DNA of 64,000 bases from Myxococcales bacterium (GTDB lineage: Bacteria; Desulfobacterota; Binatia; HRBIN30): positions 29,496 through 93,495 of the forward strand of contig JBBILD010000014.1 of assembly GCA_037445065.1 (NCBI GenBank), read 5' to 3'. Below the pieces are notes generated by a model. It worked only from the letters and a program-made list of their open reading frames with translations. It ran no database searches and was not told where the DNA came from. How positions within the stretch are numbered: the stretch's first letter is position 1; each line of letters begins with the position of its first letter. The translations under genes and the position numbers were made by a program. Shown in pieces: positions 29,475 to 40,456 of this stretch.

Positions 29475-30334
29475 GACAGCAGGACACCCACGATAAGCAG
29501 CCGGAGAATACCAGGACACCCAGTGAGAACGGGGGGAACAACAGCACACACAACGAACGGTGACCAGAAGCAGTGAACAAGGCCGAGTAAGGACTGAACC
29601 CCCATCTTCCCATGCGAACGACGGTTGAGACCAAGGTGTGGGCGCACAAAAACACGACGAAACCAAGGGTCGGTTAGAGGTGCGCGCGGGGGACAACCGT
29701 TTGGCTGGGAGCAAGCGGTGCTGCGGTCTTCGCCCCTGACATCTCGGCTCGCCTCCTGAACAAATGTGGCGCACCTTGGGCGTGTCGAGACCAGTTGGAA
29801 CAGGCGCAAACCCAGTTGCCCGGCAGGCGATGCGCGCGGCCGGACCGGTTCGGTGGCAGGTGCGCAGCGCCTTCGCCGCTGGACGATATGCCAAGCCTGA
29901 GCACGGGACCGGAGCAAAGTGGACCACTCGCACGGCAGAAACAGGAGAACTCCCGAGAGAAGACACGCAGGCCCAACCTCTGCTTGCACCGGCGAGGCCT
30001 GCCGGTCGTGTGCTTGGTTCCGCCCCAGTACTTGAGACTGGGAGCCTAGAGTAACGGGTCAGGCCCTCCGTAAGCATATCCACTGAAGCCGCTGCTCTCC
30101 GGTTCAAGGTTTCCGGTCCTCTCAGGAAAGTCGACGGGCAAAGTGGGTGTTCTGCTGTCAGAATCAGAGTGTGCGTCCTTCTATGCAAGCTCAAAGTGGG
30201 TGTCCTGCTGTCATGCCTGTCCGCACCTTTGTCACGTCCTTGTCGTCCTCCCTCAGGGTGCACGGGCCGGGTCGGGAGCTTTGTATCGGTTCCGTCAAAG
30301 TGGGTGTCCTTCTATCGGTTGAAGTGGGTGTCCT
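29475..30334. repeat. Inverted clusters of the GGACACCCA motif
   Basis: GACAGCAGGACACCCAC at 29475-29491 has an exact reverse complement at 30196-30212; further forward copy at 29513; reverse copies at 30143 (1 mismatch), 30300 and 30324. Confidence 0.85.
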
Positions 30335-30461
30335 TGTGTGTTTTGGGCGGTGCGGGGTTGAGCACTGCAGTGCAGGAGGGGCATGGAGGCTGTCGAGCCG
30401 TTCGGCGAGTTCGAAGTTGGAGCCGCCCCCTGCCGTGCGCCCAGGCGCTCAAGGTGGCCTC

Positions 30462-30947
30462 TCAGTCGCGGAAGTTCATGAATTGTAGCGGTAGCCCAAA
30501 GTCGCGCTCGCGCAGCATTTGGATTACCGCCTGCAACTCGTCCTTTTTCTTGCCGCTGACTCGGACCTGGTCGCCTTGAATTTGCGCCTGGACTTTGAGC
30601 TTCGTGTCCTTGATGGCTTTCACGATCTCCTTGGCGCGCTCGGGGTCAATACCCTGTTGCACCCGGATCTGCTGCTTGGCGCGCCCGCCACTGGCGGGCT
30701 CAATGCGCCCGTACGACAACGCCTTGAGTGATACTCCGCGCCGTACCAGCTTGGACTGAAGGATGTCCACGACAGCTTTCACTTTATTTTCCGTATCGGA
30801 AATGATCGTGATCGCATCCTTGTCATCGAGAATTTCGGTCTGGGTCCCTTTGAAATCAAAGCGCTGAGCCACTTCCTTCCGAGTTTGGTTCAGCGCGTTG
30901 TCTACTTCTTGCCAGTTGACTTGGGAAACGATGTCAAACGACGGCAT
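30462..30947 (-). CDS. yajQ: YajQ family nucleotide/c-di-GMP-binding protein
   Basis: MPSFDIVS...RFDFKG...[18 protein letters not shown]...LQFMNFRD. Confidence 0.96.
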   Translation of the reverse strand: MPSFDIVSQVNWQEVDNALNQTRKEVAQRFDFKGTQTEILDDKDAITIISDTENKVKAVVDILQSKLVRRGVSLKALSYGRIEPASGGRAKQQIRVQQGIDPERAKEIVKAIKDTKLKVQAQIQGDQVRVSGKKKDELQAVIQMLRERDFGLPLQFMNFRD

Positions 30948-30956
30948 GACTCGCTT

Positions 30957-31643
30957 TTACTCCTGTGCGCCAGGTGCGTCGAGCACATCAACGCCGGGCG
31001 GAGGGTCGAAACGAAAGGTTTCCGCGGACACGCCGACATTGCGCCGCGCGTTCGCCAACCTCAGCCGGCTGAGGTTGCCAAGGGCATCTTCGACTTCAGC
31101 ACCCACGATATCGAAGGTTTGTGCATCCACGAGGAGGCGCAGCGTTCCCACCTCTGCCGCCCCCTTGTTCTTCGGAACGAGCACCAAAACAAGTGTGTCT
31201 CCCTGCGGATTCCCGAGCTGTGCCTCAAAATCGTCTTTGATCCGCCCGACCCCGGTAAGAAACGAGATCGGCGTGCTCGACCGAAAGGCGTGAGCGAACG
31301 GCATGCGAATCACCTGCTGGTCTTCGGGCCGATAGATCCACAGCGTGGTTCCGTCTGCGACGATGACCTCTTCGGTGGAGTTGCGCATCTCCCACCGCAT
31401 CTTGCCCGGCTTTTGAAACAGGACCGTGCCGCGCGCACGCACCGTCCTGCCTAGCTTTGCCATGGTGGTCTCTTGCTCCACCTCGGCTACCAAATCGCGG
31501 GTGGCGTCGTAACGCCGCTGTACCTGTTCCACCACTTCGGCGACCCGACCCGTCGGGCCTTGGGCTACGACCTGCCACACAAACGCATAAACGCTGGCAA
31601 GTGCGATCATCCAGGTTCGGCACGGATTGGGCCGCACCTGCAT
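30957..31643 (-). CDS. lolA: Outer membrane lipoprotein carrier protein
   Basis: KPGKMRWE...IVADGTTLWIY.P..QV, F.F.PP.GVDV; directly downstream of ftsK. Confidence 0.88.
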   Translation of the reverse strand: MQVRPNPCRTWMIALASVYAFVWQVVAQGPTGRVAEVVEQVQRRYDATRDLVAEVEQETTMAKLGRTVRARGTVLFQKPGKMRWEMRNSTEEVIVADGTTLWIYRPEDQQVIRMPFAHAFRSSTPISFLTGVGRIKDDFEAQLGNPQGDTLVLVLVPKNKGAAEVGTLRLLVDAQTFDIVGAEVEDALGNLSRLRLANARRNVGVSAETFRFDPPPGVDVLDAPGAQE

Positions 31644-31680
31644 CCGGAACCTCAAGACGTGGGCCATACTGGCAGAGCAA

Positions 31681-33933
31681 TCAATCGCTCGGCGGAGGCG
31701 GCACGAGGACTTCGCGGGGGCGGCCATTCTCACTTCGGCTCACAACCCCTTCTCGTTCCATGCGCTCGACCAAACGCGCCGCCCGGTTGTAACCGATGCG
31801 CAAGCAACGCTGCACATACGAGATAGAGGCCACCCGTTTTTCCGTAACAAGGCGCACGGCGCGATCGTAAAGTTCGTCGTCCTCACCCTCCAGCTCGAAG
31901 TCGTGTTCTAGATCCTCGTCTCTGCTGCCTTGGAGCAGAGCCAAATCGTACGTGGGAGGCCCCTGCTGTTTGATGAATTGCGTGAATCTGCCGATCTCGG
32001 CCTCGCTCACGTAGGCGCCATGAACCCGAATCGGTTTCGATAGTCCCGGGGCCCAATACAACATGTCTCCGTCGCCGAGCAGGTCCTCCGCGCCAGACTG
32101 ATCCAGAATGGTCTGCGAGTCGGCTCGCGCTGCTGTTTTCAAAGCCAGGCGTGCCGGGAAGTTTGCCTTGATTCGACCCGTGATCACATCCACCGACGGC
32201 CGCTGCGTTGCCAGCACTAGGTGGATACCACACGCCCTCGCTTTTTGCGCCAGCCGTACCGTGGGCTCCTCGACCTGCCGGTTTGCAGAGAGGATCAGGT
32301 CCCCGAATTCGTCAATGACGACGACGATCTTGGGCAGCGGATAGTGGTGGGACTCAGCCCCGCCGTCCTCGGCGTCTGCCTCAGCGTTCGGCGTGGGTGC
32401 CAGCAACTCGAGTACCGGCTGGTCCCCGTCCTCAACGATCCGCACCTGCGACAAGCCGCGACCTTCTTCCGCAAGCAGCCGGTTGTATTGCTCGATGCTT
32501 CGCACGCCCTTCTCGCGCATCAGCTGGTAGCGGCGATCCATTTCGCGGCACAAGTTGTTCAGAACGGCGATCGCCTGCTTCACATCGGTGATCACCGGTA
32601 CGAGCTGATGCGGGAGGTCCTCGTACAGCGAAAGCTCGAGCATCTTCGGGTCGATCATCACGAAGCGGACCTCCGCTGGCGTGGCGCGGCTCAAAATACT
32701 CATGATGATCGCGTTCAAGCACACCGATTTCCCGGAGCCCGTTGTTCCCGCAATGAGCAAGTGGGGCATTTGAGCGATGTCCGCGACTACGGGCGAGCCG
32801 GCAGTATCCTTCCCTAACGCAATCGTCAGTGTCGAACGCGACTCCTGGAACTCGTCGGCCTCCAAAATCTCGCGCAAGAAAATGCATTGTTTAGTATGGT
32901 TCGGGACCTCGATCCCGATCGCTTCCGTGCCCGGGAGCGGGTTTACGATGCGCAGCGCGGAGCCGCGAAGTGCAAGAGAGAGATCATTGCGAAGCTCCAC
33001 GATCCGCTTGACGCGGACGTGAGGTGCCGGCTGGATCTCGAACGTCGTGACCACGGGTCCTGGGTGCACTCCGATCACTTTGGCCTCTACACCGCACAAA
33101 CTCAGCTTCGACTCCAAGATCTGCGCACGGCGCAGCAGCTGAGCCTCGCTCACCATTCGGGGGGCTTGGGTGGGGCGGTCGAGCAAGCTCAGGGGCGGCA
33201 CCGTGTACTCACCGCCTTGGCGCAAAGGCAAGGGCACTTGTTCCCCGACGCGTGTTGCGGGACCTCGTAAGCCCGGCCGCTTGCTCGGAGGATTGGGTGG
33301 CGTTTCCTGCTGGGTGCCAGTGGGAACGGAACGCACACTCAGAGTCGTGTGCCGCGCTTGCCAATTCGAGCGCAAACTCTGCAAGGTAGTGCCCGCCGCA
33401 CGCCCCGTGCGCTGGCGAGCGGCCCTCAAGAACGCGCGGACCGACGCACCTGAAATGGCAGAAAGAGCCAATAACGTCCCCGTTACACAAACGACAACCC
33501 CGCCGAGTAGACCGCACCATTCCAACAGCAGATGACCGAGAAACCCGCCGAGCCACCCGCCGCGAAGCGAAGAACCAACTGGATCGAACAACCCAAAAAA
33601 CGCCGCACTCGACGTGAGAAGCAACCCACCTCCGAGTAGGCCGGCAGTGGGTATGCGCTCCAGCCCCGAACGCCAAATCGCCACCCCGGCGACTGCGAGC
33701 AGGAGCGGAAACACATATGCCGAAAAGCCGAACGCGCCAACCAGAATTTGGGCGAGCGTTTTGCCCATCAATCCTCCCACCTGGTACGCGGTCCCACTCT
33801 GATGCGCGATGAAAGTCGCCATCAAGAAGAGCGCGAACATCAGGAGGATCAAGCCGACCACCTCGTCGAGGCGCGAGTGGTTTTGGTCCTCGCGGTCAAT
33901 CCGCTGCGTTAGAACAATCACCTGCTGCGCCAT
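31681..33933 (-). CDS. ftsK: DNA translocase FtsK
   Basis: 4-TM N-terminus, [34 protein letters not shown], gamma domain [14 protein letters not shown]. Confidence 0.96.
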   Translation of the reverse strand: MAQQVIVLTQRIDREDQNHSRLDEVVGLILLMFALFLMATFIAHQSGTAYQVGGLMGKTLAQILVGAFGFSAYVFPLLLAVAGVAIWRSGLERIPTAGLLGGGLLLTSSAAFFGLFDPVGSSLRGGWLGGFLGHLLLEWCGLLGGVVVCVTGTLLALSAISGASVRAFLRAARQRTGRAAGTTLQSLRSNWQARHTTLSVRSVPTGTQQETPPNPPSKRPGLRGPATRVGEQVPLPLRQGGEYTVPPLSLLDRPTQAPRMVSEAQLLRRAQILESKLSLCGVEAKVIGVHPGPVVTTFEIQPAPHVRVKRIVELRNDLSLALRGSALRIVNPLPGTEAIGIEVPNHTKQCIFLREILEADEFQESRSTLTIALGKDTAGSPVVADIAQMPHLLIAGTTGSGKSVCLNAIIMSILSRATPAEVRFVMIDPKMLELSLYEDLPHQLVPVITDVKQAIAVLNNLCREMDRRYQLMREKGVRSIEQYNRLLAEEGRGLSQVRIVEDGDQPVLELLAPTPNAEADAEDGGAESHHYPLPKIVVVIDEFGDLILSANRQVEEPTVRLAQKARACGIHLVLATQRPSVDVITGRIKANFPARLALKTAARADSQTILDQSGAEDLLGDGDMLYWAPGLSKPIRVHGAYVSEAEIGRFTQFIKQQGPPTYDLALLQGSRDEDLEHDFELEGEDDELYDRAVRLVTEKRVASISYVQRCLRIGYNRAARLVERMEREGVVSRSENGRPREVLVPPPPSD

Positions 33934-33941
33934 GGCCTCAC

Positions 33942-35606
33942 CTACATCTCCAAGACGTACGGTACGATGACCGGCCGCCGCTCCAGAGTGCGAGCAAAGA
34001 AGCGGCGGAGGGTCTTGCGAACTTCTTCTTGCACTTCGAGCGCGTCCCGCCGCGACTCTTCTGGCATTCCCTCGAGAACCTCCACCACCAGCCGCCGCGC
34101 TTGATCCAGGTATTCCTCTGTCCCTTGCTCAGGGATGAAACCGCGTGAGATCAAATCTGGCCCGGCGACCAAAGCGCCGTTCTGTTGGTCAATGGCAAGC
34201 ACGGCGAGCACGAGTCCGTCGGAGGACAAATGCCGACGGTCGCGCAGCACGACATCCACCACGTCGCCCACGCCTCGTCCATCCACGAACACGCGGCCCA
34301 CTTTTACCGGAGGGCCCAGCCGCGCCCCATCACGGTCGATCTCCAGCGTGTTGCCGTTCTCGAGCAAAAAAGCGTGCTCCTCAGGCACGCCTACTTCAAC
34401 CGCCAAACGCCGGTGCGCTGCGAGATGCCGATATTCGCCGTGGATGGGGACGAAATAGCGCGGGCGAACTAGCCGTAGGAGCAATTTCAGCTCCTCTTGG
34501 CTGGCGTGCCCAGAGACGTGCACGTCCGCATTGTGCGCATGGAACGCTTCCGCGCCGCGCCTCAACACATGATTGATCAGATTGCTGACTTGCCGCTCGT
34601 TTCCAGGAATCACGCGCGAAGACAGGATGACCGTGTCACCTCGGCCCATACTCACACTGGGCTGCCCACCCTCCGCAATGCGGATCAGCGCGGACATCGC
34701 CTCCCCCTGACTCCCCGTGGTCAAAAGTGTCTGCTGCCCGGGCTCGAGACCTTGCAGATCGCTGACATCTACGAAGACCGATGGTGGGTACTGTAGGTAA
34801 CCTAGTTGGGTCGCCACCTTGATACTGTTCAGCATACTGCGGCCGATGACCGCCACTTTCCGCCCGTACGCTACGGAAAGATCGATCACCTGAGCCAAAC
34901 GGTGCACGTGCGAAGCGAACGTCGAAAAGAAAATTTTCCCCGGCGTGGAGCGGAAGATTCGTTCGAGCGGTTCGCGGATCGATCTTTCGGACGGAGTGAT
35001 TCCGGGCCGTTCGGCGTTGGTCGAATCAGACAGCAAGAGGAGCACGCCTTCGTCGCCCAATTGCGCAAAACGCGCCAAATCCGGCGGTCGGCCATCGACC
35101 GGAGTGTGATCGATTTTGAAGTCCCCGCTGTGCACGACGATCCCGAGAGGGGTGCGGATCGCTAAGCCCACCGAATCCACGAGAGAATGCGTCACGTGGA
35201 TGGCTTCGATCGCGAAGGGGCCCATTTGCCAGCGGGCTCCGGGACGGAATACTTCGAGCCGAGTCCCAATCCCGTGCTCGCGTAAGCGCTCACGGACGAG
35301 CCCGTGCGTCATCGGGGTGGTGTGTACCGGTACCGAATGGTCACGCAGAGCAAAGGGAAGCGCCCCTTGGTGGTCTTCATGACCGTGCGTGAACACGAAC
35401 CCGAGAAACCGATCACCGAGGTCTTGCAAATAGGAGAGGTCCGGGATGACAAGGTCAATGCCCAGCATCGTAGGGTCCGGAAACATGACCCCGCAATCAA
35501 TGGCAATCGCGTAGCCGTCGTACTCGATCACCATACAGTTGAGGCCAATCTCGCCTAACCCTCCGAGCGGGACGATCCGAAGTGTGCCGCGACCACTACT
35601 CGTCAT
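33942..35606 (-). CDS. rnj: Ribonuclease J
   Basis: [41 protein letters not shown]. Confidence 0.95.
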   Translation of the reverse strand: MTSSGRGTLRIVPLGGLGEIGLNCMVIEYDGYAIAIDCGVMFPDPTMLGIDLVIPDLSYLQDLGDRFLGFVFTHGHEDHQGALPFALRDHSVPVHTTPMTHGLVRERLREHGIGTRLEVFRPGARWQMGPFAIEAIHVTHSLVDSVGLAIRTPLGIVVHSGDFKIDHTPVDGRPPDLARFAQLGDEGVLLLLSDSTNAERPGITPSERSIREPLERIFRSTPGKIFFSTFASHVHRLAQVIDLSVAYGRKVAVIGRSMLNSIKVATQLGYLQYPPSVFVDVSDLQGLEPGQQTLLTTGSQGEAMSALIRIAEGGQPSVSMGRGDTVILSSRVIPGNERQVSNLINHVLRRGAEAFHAHNADVHVSGHASQEELKLLLRLVRPRYFVPIHGEYRHLAAHRRLAVEVGVPEEHAFLLENGNTLEIDRDGARLGPPVKVGRVFVDGRGVGDVVDVVLRDRRHLSSDGLVLAVLAIDQQNGALVAGPDLISRGFIPEQGTEEYLDQARRLVVEVLEGMPEESRRDALEVQEEVRKTLRRFFARTLERRPVIVPYVLEM

Positions 35607-35776
35607 TGCAATCAAGACTGCTCGAATTCTCCGTGCTCGGAAAACGTGCCGGTGCACTCGCTCTCGAGTTGAACCTGCTCCGCTCTGCGCTGCCACGCTG
35701 CTGGAGAGCAAGAGCGAAATGATCTTAACCCGATCGAGAGAGCAGGGCAAACGGAATTTTTGCCGCGCATCCGCTG

Positions 35777-37243
35777 TCAGTAGCGCAGCATCGGTACGGT
35801 TCCCGCTGGCAGACTGATGGACTTGGCTTCGAGAAATGCGGCTAGCCCTTCCGGACCGAGTTCCCGCCCCAACCCGCTAGCTTTGTAGCCGCCAAAAGGA
35901 GCACAGAATTCCAACGCGAAGCCGTTCACCGTATAGGTGCCCGTGCGCACTTGTCGGGCGATTTCAAGCCCGCGCTCGAGATCTCGTGTCCATACGGTGC
36001 CGGACAGCCCATATTCCGAATCGTTGGCGATTGAGACTGCTTCGGCCTCAGTGCTGTACGGGATCACGACCACTACAGGACCAAAAATCTCTTCCCGGGC
36101 AATCCGCATTGTGTTGTTTACCCTCGCAAAGACCGTCGGCTCGACGTACCAGCCGCAAGCAAGGTGGCGCGGGCGGCCGCCACCACAGACGAGTTGGGCT
36201 CCTTCTTCGAGGCCGATCTGAATGTATCCCTCGACGCGATCCCGCTGGCGGGCTGACACCAGGGGGCCGACGATCGTGGCTGGATCCGTAGGATCGCCTA
36301 CAGCAGCCGCGCGAAAGGCTGCTTCCAGCGCACCCACAAATTCAGCGTAACGCCGCTGCGGTACCAGCACCCGGCTCTGCGCCACACACGCTTGCCCGTT
36401 GTTCATTAAGATTGCCGGTACGAGGCCGGCAATCGTTGCCTCGAGTTCCGCATCCTCGAGTACAATCGCTGCCGATTTACCACCCAATTCGAGCGTCACC
36501 CGTTTAAGCCGCTCGCCGCAGAGCGCGGCGATCCGCCTCCCAGCCGCCGTGCTTCCTGTGAAGGCGACCTTGTCCACGCCGGGGTGGCACACCAGTGCTT
36601 CTCCGACCTCGCGGCCACCGAGCACCACGTTCACCACACCCGGCGGAAACTCGGCCCGTTCGATGAGCTCCGCCAGCACCAGGGCATCGAGTGGCGTTTC
36701 CGGCGCTGGCTTGAGGACGACGGTCGCTCCCGCTGCCAAAGCGGGCGCAAGCTTGAGCATGGTGGTGAATAGCGGCACGTTCCAGGGCACGATGCAAGCC
36801 GCCACTCCTACGGCTTCGCGCCGCACCAGCACCGGCCCTAGGAACCCGTCGCGGGTTTCTTCAAAGGGATACGCACGCGCCAAGCCAACATAGTACTCGA
36901 GTACCATGTTCGCGGCTAACGTTTGCCCGAGCTGAGAAAAAGTAATGGGAGAACCCATCTCGCGCGTAATGAGTTCCGCCAGCCCGTGCGCGTGTTCTTG
37001 GAGGAGGCGTAAAAGCCGCTCCATCACGGCTGCTCGTTCGCTCGCCGCCATGCGCGGCCACGGACCGGTGTCGAATGCCTGTCGCGCGGCGGCGACCGCC
37101 CGCTCTACGTCGGCCGCCTCTGCACTGGCCACCGTGGCGAGTGGCTCCTCGGTAAAGGGGCAGATCACCGTGATGCGCTCTGTTGACGAGGGCCGTACCC
37201 ATTGCCCTCCAATGAAAAGCCGGTCGAGATACTGCGGAAACAC
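35777..37243 (-). CDS. Aldehyde dehydrogenase
   Basis: PWN, FTGSTAAG, LELGGKS, catalytic GQAC, EEIFGPV; RBS AAGGAGG before GTG. Confidence 0.95.
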   Translation of the reverse strand: MFPQYLDRLFIGGQWVRPSSTERITVICPFTEEPLATVASAEAADVERAVAAARQAFDTGPWPRMAASERAAVMERLLRLLQEHAHGLAELITREMGSPITFSQLGQTLAANMVLEYYVGLARAYPFEETRDGFLGPVLVRREAVGVAACIVPWNVPLFTTMLKLAPALAAGATVVLKPAPETPLDALVLAELIERAEFPPGVVNVVLGGREVGEALVCHPGVDKVAFTGSTAAGRRIAALCGERLKRVTLELGGKSAAIVLEDAELEATIAGLVPAILMNNGQACVAQSRVLVPQRRYAEFVGALEAAFRAAAVGDPTDPATIVGPLVSARQRDRVEGYIQIGLEEGAQLVCGGGRPRHLACGWYVEPTVFARVNNTMRIAREEIFGPVVVVIPYSTEAEAVSIANDSEYGLSGTVWTRDLERGLEIARQVRTGTYTVNGFALEFCAPFGGYKASGLGRELGPEGLAAFLEAKSISLPAGTVPMLRY

Positions 37244-37271
37244 GAAAGCCTCCTTCTCTTGCTTTCCCGCG

Positions 37272-38363
37272 TTATTCCCCAAGAGCAGCAAGGGTTCGTT
37301 CCAAGGTGATCGAGGCTAGATTGTGGACATCCATGTCGGACTCTTGCGGGAACACCTCATAGTGTTTGAGCTGGGTGATCACACGCGCCATGATCGCTGT
37401 GAATTTGTAGAGGGCAAGAACCTCGTAGTATTCGATCCGGTCTGCACGTAGCCCGGTCGCGCGCTCCCATGCCGCGATGCTTTCCTCGCGTCCACCCAGA
37501 CCGGCGAGCGGTTGCACGCCGAGACCTTCGCTAAAACAGCGATCCAAAGCGAGAAACCAGGCGAGGTCCTGCTGTGGGTCTCCGATGCGCGCCATCTCCC
37601 AGTCGAGTAGCGCAACGCATTCGGTGTGGCGGAACAACTGATTGCCGATGCGGGCGTCTCCCCAACATAGCCCGACTTGCTCGCGCTCTGGCTCGTTTTT
37701 TCTCAACCACTGTTCGGTGCGGGCGAGCAGCGGATAACGCTCCGCTTGCAATCCCCAAGCGATGAATTGCCGGTATTCCTCGAGTTGTTCCTCGAGATAA
37801 GTCCGTGCATTCGGAGCGGTAGGGAAAATCGTGCCTAAGAGCGGCGCCACGTCGAGGGTGTGCACCGCCGCCATGGCTTGCAAACCGCTCATCCACAGTT
37901 GGCGGCGCTCCTCGGGGCGAAACTCGTGCAACCAACCGACGACGTGGTACGGCGGGTTGTCGGAGGGCACGCGCCCATCCACGTACCCCATGACGAAGAA
38001 CGGGCTCCCCAACACCTCGCGCGCGCCCTCGTACCAGTAGACCTTTGGCACGCGGATAGAACCTTGCTCGCTTAGCCAGCGCAGCAAGCGGAACTGCCTC
38101 TCCATGTCGTAACGCGGAAACACCGTCACCCCTTGCGGCTCGAGCCTTGCCACCATCGGTTGCCGGTGGAGGGTGCCGTCTTCCTCCCACTCGCAGTCGA
38201 ATAAGAGCGTGTCGCTAGAGAATCCGGTTTCGCTCGGGCCGCGCAGACCTTCGACGCGAAGCGAAGCGACCCTGGTCGAGTATTTGCCCGCTAGCCACCG
38301 CTCCAATCCCCGCTTGAGTTGTGCAAAATCTCGCCGAGGCGCAGGCATGGAACAACGCCTCAC
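37272..38363 (-). CDS. Phosphotransferase (APH/ACAD10-like) family protein
   Basis: WGDARIGN and LLDWEMA kinase-fold motifs. Confidence 0.88.
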   Translation of the reverse strand: MRRCSMPAPRRDFAQLKRGLERWLAGKYSTRVASLRVEGLRGPSETGFSSDTLLFDCEWEEDGTLHRQPMVARLEPQGVTVFPRYDMERQFRLLRWLSEQGSIRVPKVYWYEGAREVLGSPFFVMGYVDGRVPSDNPPYHVVGWLHEFRPEERRQLWMSGLQAMAAVHTLDVAPLLGTIFPTAPNARTYLEEQLEEYRQFIAWGLQAERYPLLARTEQWLRKNEPEREQVGLCWGDARIGNQLFRHTECVALLDWEMARIGDPQQDLAWFLALDRCFSEGLGVQPLAGLGGREESIAAWERATGLRADRIEYYEVLALYKFTAIMARVITQLKHYEVFPQESDMDVHNLASITLERTLAALGE

Positions 38364-39478
38364 ACGTTCTGCTTGCTCATAGCCCCCGAGAAGGCGTCGT
38401 GGAGACTGTAGCGCCGGAAGGGACCCCAGAACCCGAACTCATGCAAGCCATAGCCAACGTCGCCTCGGTTGGTCTCGAACCGCGCAACCTGATCCACGAT
38501 GGCGTATTGGCCAAGGGAGGCGATCTCGGACACGGGCTTGACGAAGCCTTCAACTTTGAGCGGCCCCTGATACATGCCGTGCCGCCAATCCGGATCGAGT
38601 CCATACCCGGTGCCGACAGCAATGTATGCGTCGAGCAACGGCGTCACGCGCACGCGAAGCTCCCCACCCGGGGCCTGCGGGAAGCGCAACACGGAGCGTG
38701 CAATACGCCGGGTTCCCGGCTCGAGTTCATGCTCGTGCTCCGGTCGCCCCAAATGCTCGGGCTCCCGATTCGCATCTGGCCAAATCCGAACCGCTTCTTC
38801 CAGCATGCGAACCCCTTCGTCAGTCTCGTTCACGATGTAGAGCAGGGAAAACCCGGGGAACTGCATCGGCGCGTAGTTCCAAAGGCCACTGAGCAGGAGT
38901 TCCCCTTCCCGAATTCCGGGTGGTTCAGGCTCTCCCACCGGTCGCACTCCCCAGGAACGATCCCGTGTGCCCCACCAGCGGTCCGCAGTGACGGAGAACT
39001 CTTCCTCGCCCACGCGTAGCCACCCAGACCAATAGCCGGTCTGCGCAAAACGCTGGGTGTCGAACAGCACCCGACCGTGGCGGCGCACGTACTGGCGAGG
39101 CTCCAAGTATGCCGGCACGGCCGCGTTCCACTCGAGGTCAAAGGCCAGCGAATAATCGCCTGGGTCGAGACGGACACGGAGTCGCCGGAGGCCCTCCACC
39201 ACCTGGATCGAGAATGGGCCCACTGTGGTATCTACCCGGTCGCCCAGGATGCGTGAGGCACGCACGACGTGGTGCTGTCCGGCACGGGTGGCGCAGGCAA
39301 ATGCGTCTTGGACCGCTAAGTTCGGGTATTGCCCCATGCCGAAAATGAGAAACACGGTGTCGTCGCAGGCATGCAGGTTGAAGTAGTAGCGGTCGTAAAA
39401 ATTCCGGTCGCTCGTACCGACGTGGCGGATCACCTCGGCAATTTGATGCAAGGGGTAATCATCCATCGCGGACAGCAT
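38360..39478 (-). CDS. Conserved hypothetical protein (actinobacterial type; possibly AttH/tocopherol-cyclase-like fold)
   Basis: DDYPLHQ...SDRNFYDRYYF...RDRSWGVRPVG; translationally coupled to the phosphotransferase. Confidence 0.7.
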   Translation of the reverse strand: MLSAMDDYPLHQIAEVIRHVGTSDRNFYDRYYFNLHACDDTVFLIFGMGQYPNLAVQDAFACATRAGQHHVVRASRILGDRVDTTVGPFSIQVVEGLRRLRVRLDPGDYSLAFDLEWNAAVPAYLEPRQYVRRHGRVLFDTQRFAQTGYWSGWLRVGEEEFSVTADRWWGTRDRSWGVRPVGEPEPPGIREGELLLSGLWNYAPMQFPGFSLLYIVNETDEGVRMLEEAVRIWPDANREPEHLGRPEHEHELEPGTRRIARSVLRFPQAPGGELRVRVTPLLDAYIAVGTGYGLDPDWRHGMYQGPLKVEGFVKPVSEIASLGQYAIVDQVARFETNRGDVGYGLHEFGFWGPFRRYSLHDAFSGAMSKQNV

Positions 39479-39574
39479 GGCTCCCAACCTCGCGTTGCCG
39501 AAACCACAGGCGGAGGCTCTGTGCAAGTGCGTTTCTCGCTGTGCCCGCCAGCGCCGCGTTCTCGGCGCGGCTGC

Positions 39575-40432
39575 TCAACCCTTGCTCGGCGAGGCAGAGG
39601 CAGAGCTTGGAAGCCGAGCCTCGAGGCCGCTCATGACTGCTCGTGCTGCACCGATGGCGGTAGCAAACTCCGCAAGCGGCGGTATGACGAACTGCTGCCC
39701 GAAGAGGCTACGCGTCCTCTGCACACGCTCGACAAAAGGGCCGACTCGCAGGAGCTTGCCGGTCAGCACGATAGTTTCCATCCTGGTGGCGCGCGCCGCT
39801 AAGACGCTGATTGCTACGACCACTTCGGCGATCATGTTGACGAGCGCCTTGGCTTTGTCTTCGGGCCGCGGGTCCCCGTCCAATTTGCCGAAGTTACTGG
39901 CAGTGGCGTCCGCTGGGAGGAAACCAACAGGACCGCCGGCGATGTCCCCCACCGTCAGGTCTACGTGCGAAAGCTCGCCGCGCGCGGCGAGCCGCTCGAT
40001 GGTTTCAATCCGCGAGACCTGCAGCAAGTGCTTGGAGAGGCCGAGTAAGGTCCCACCGCCGACCCCCGTTCCCCCGACATGAGAAATCCGCGTCCCATCC
40101 ACTGCTACCAAAGCGGTGCCGGTGCCGAGGGAAACGACTAGCGCCCGCTCGAGCCCTGCTTGGGTCGTGCCCCCGACACCGATGGCGGTAAATTCTGGCA
40201 CTACCCGCACGGGAATCCCGAGCAGGTGCGAGCCGAGGTGGCGCGCGCCGCCTCCAGTAGCAGCGAGGGTTTCGATCTGGTTGAGGCTGAGTCCGAGATC
40301 CGCAGTCAAACGAGCCAGCGCCCCGGCCGCTGCAGCGAGCGGATGATTGGCCTCCACCGTGACTACGTGCAGCTCCGGGCCGATCGCGACCGCGTCGGTG
40401 GTCGAACCGCCGATGTCAATTCCGATGACCAT
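39575..40432 (-). CDS. Type II-like pantothenate kinase (Fumble/ASKHA family)
   Basis: GIDIGGSTT, TGGGA, VPEFTA, GGTGVGGGTLLGL, VDLTVGDI...ASNFGK. Confidence 0.8.
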   Translation of the reverse strand: MVIGIDIGGSTTDAVAIGPELHVVTVEANHPLAAAAGALARLTADLGLSLNQIETLAATGGGARHLGSHLLGIPVRVVPEFTAIGVGGTTQAGLERALVVSLGTGTALVAVDGTRISHVGGTGVGGGTLLGLSKHLLQVSRIETIERLAARGELSHVDLTVGDIAGGPVGFLPADATASNFGKLDGDPRPEDKAKALVNMIAEVVVAISVLAARATRMETIVLTGKLLRVGPFVERVQRTRSLFGQQFVIPPLAEFATAIGAARAVMSGLEARLPSSASASPSKG

Positions 40433-40456
40433 GACCTCTGTGCCGACCCTTTCTGG

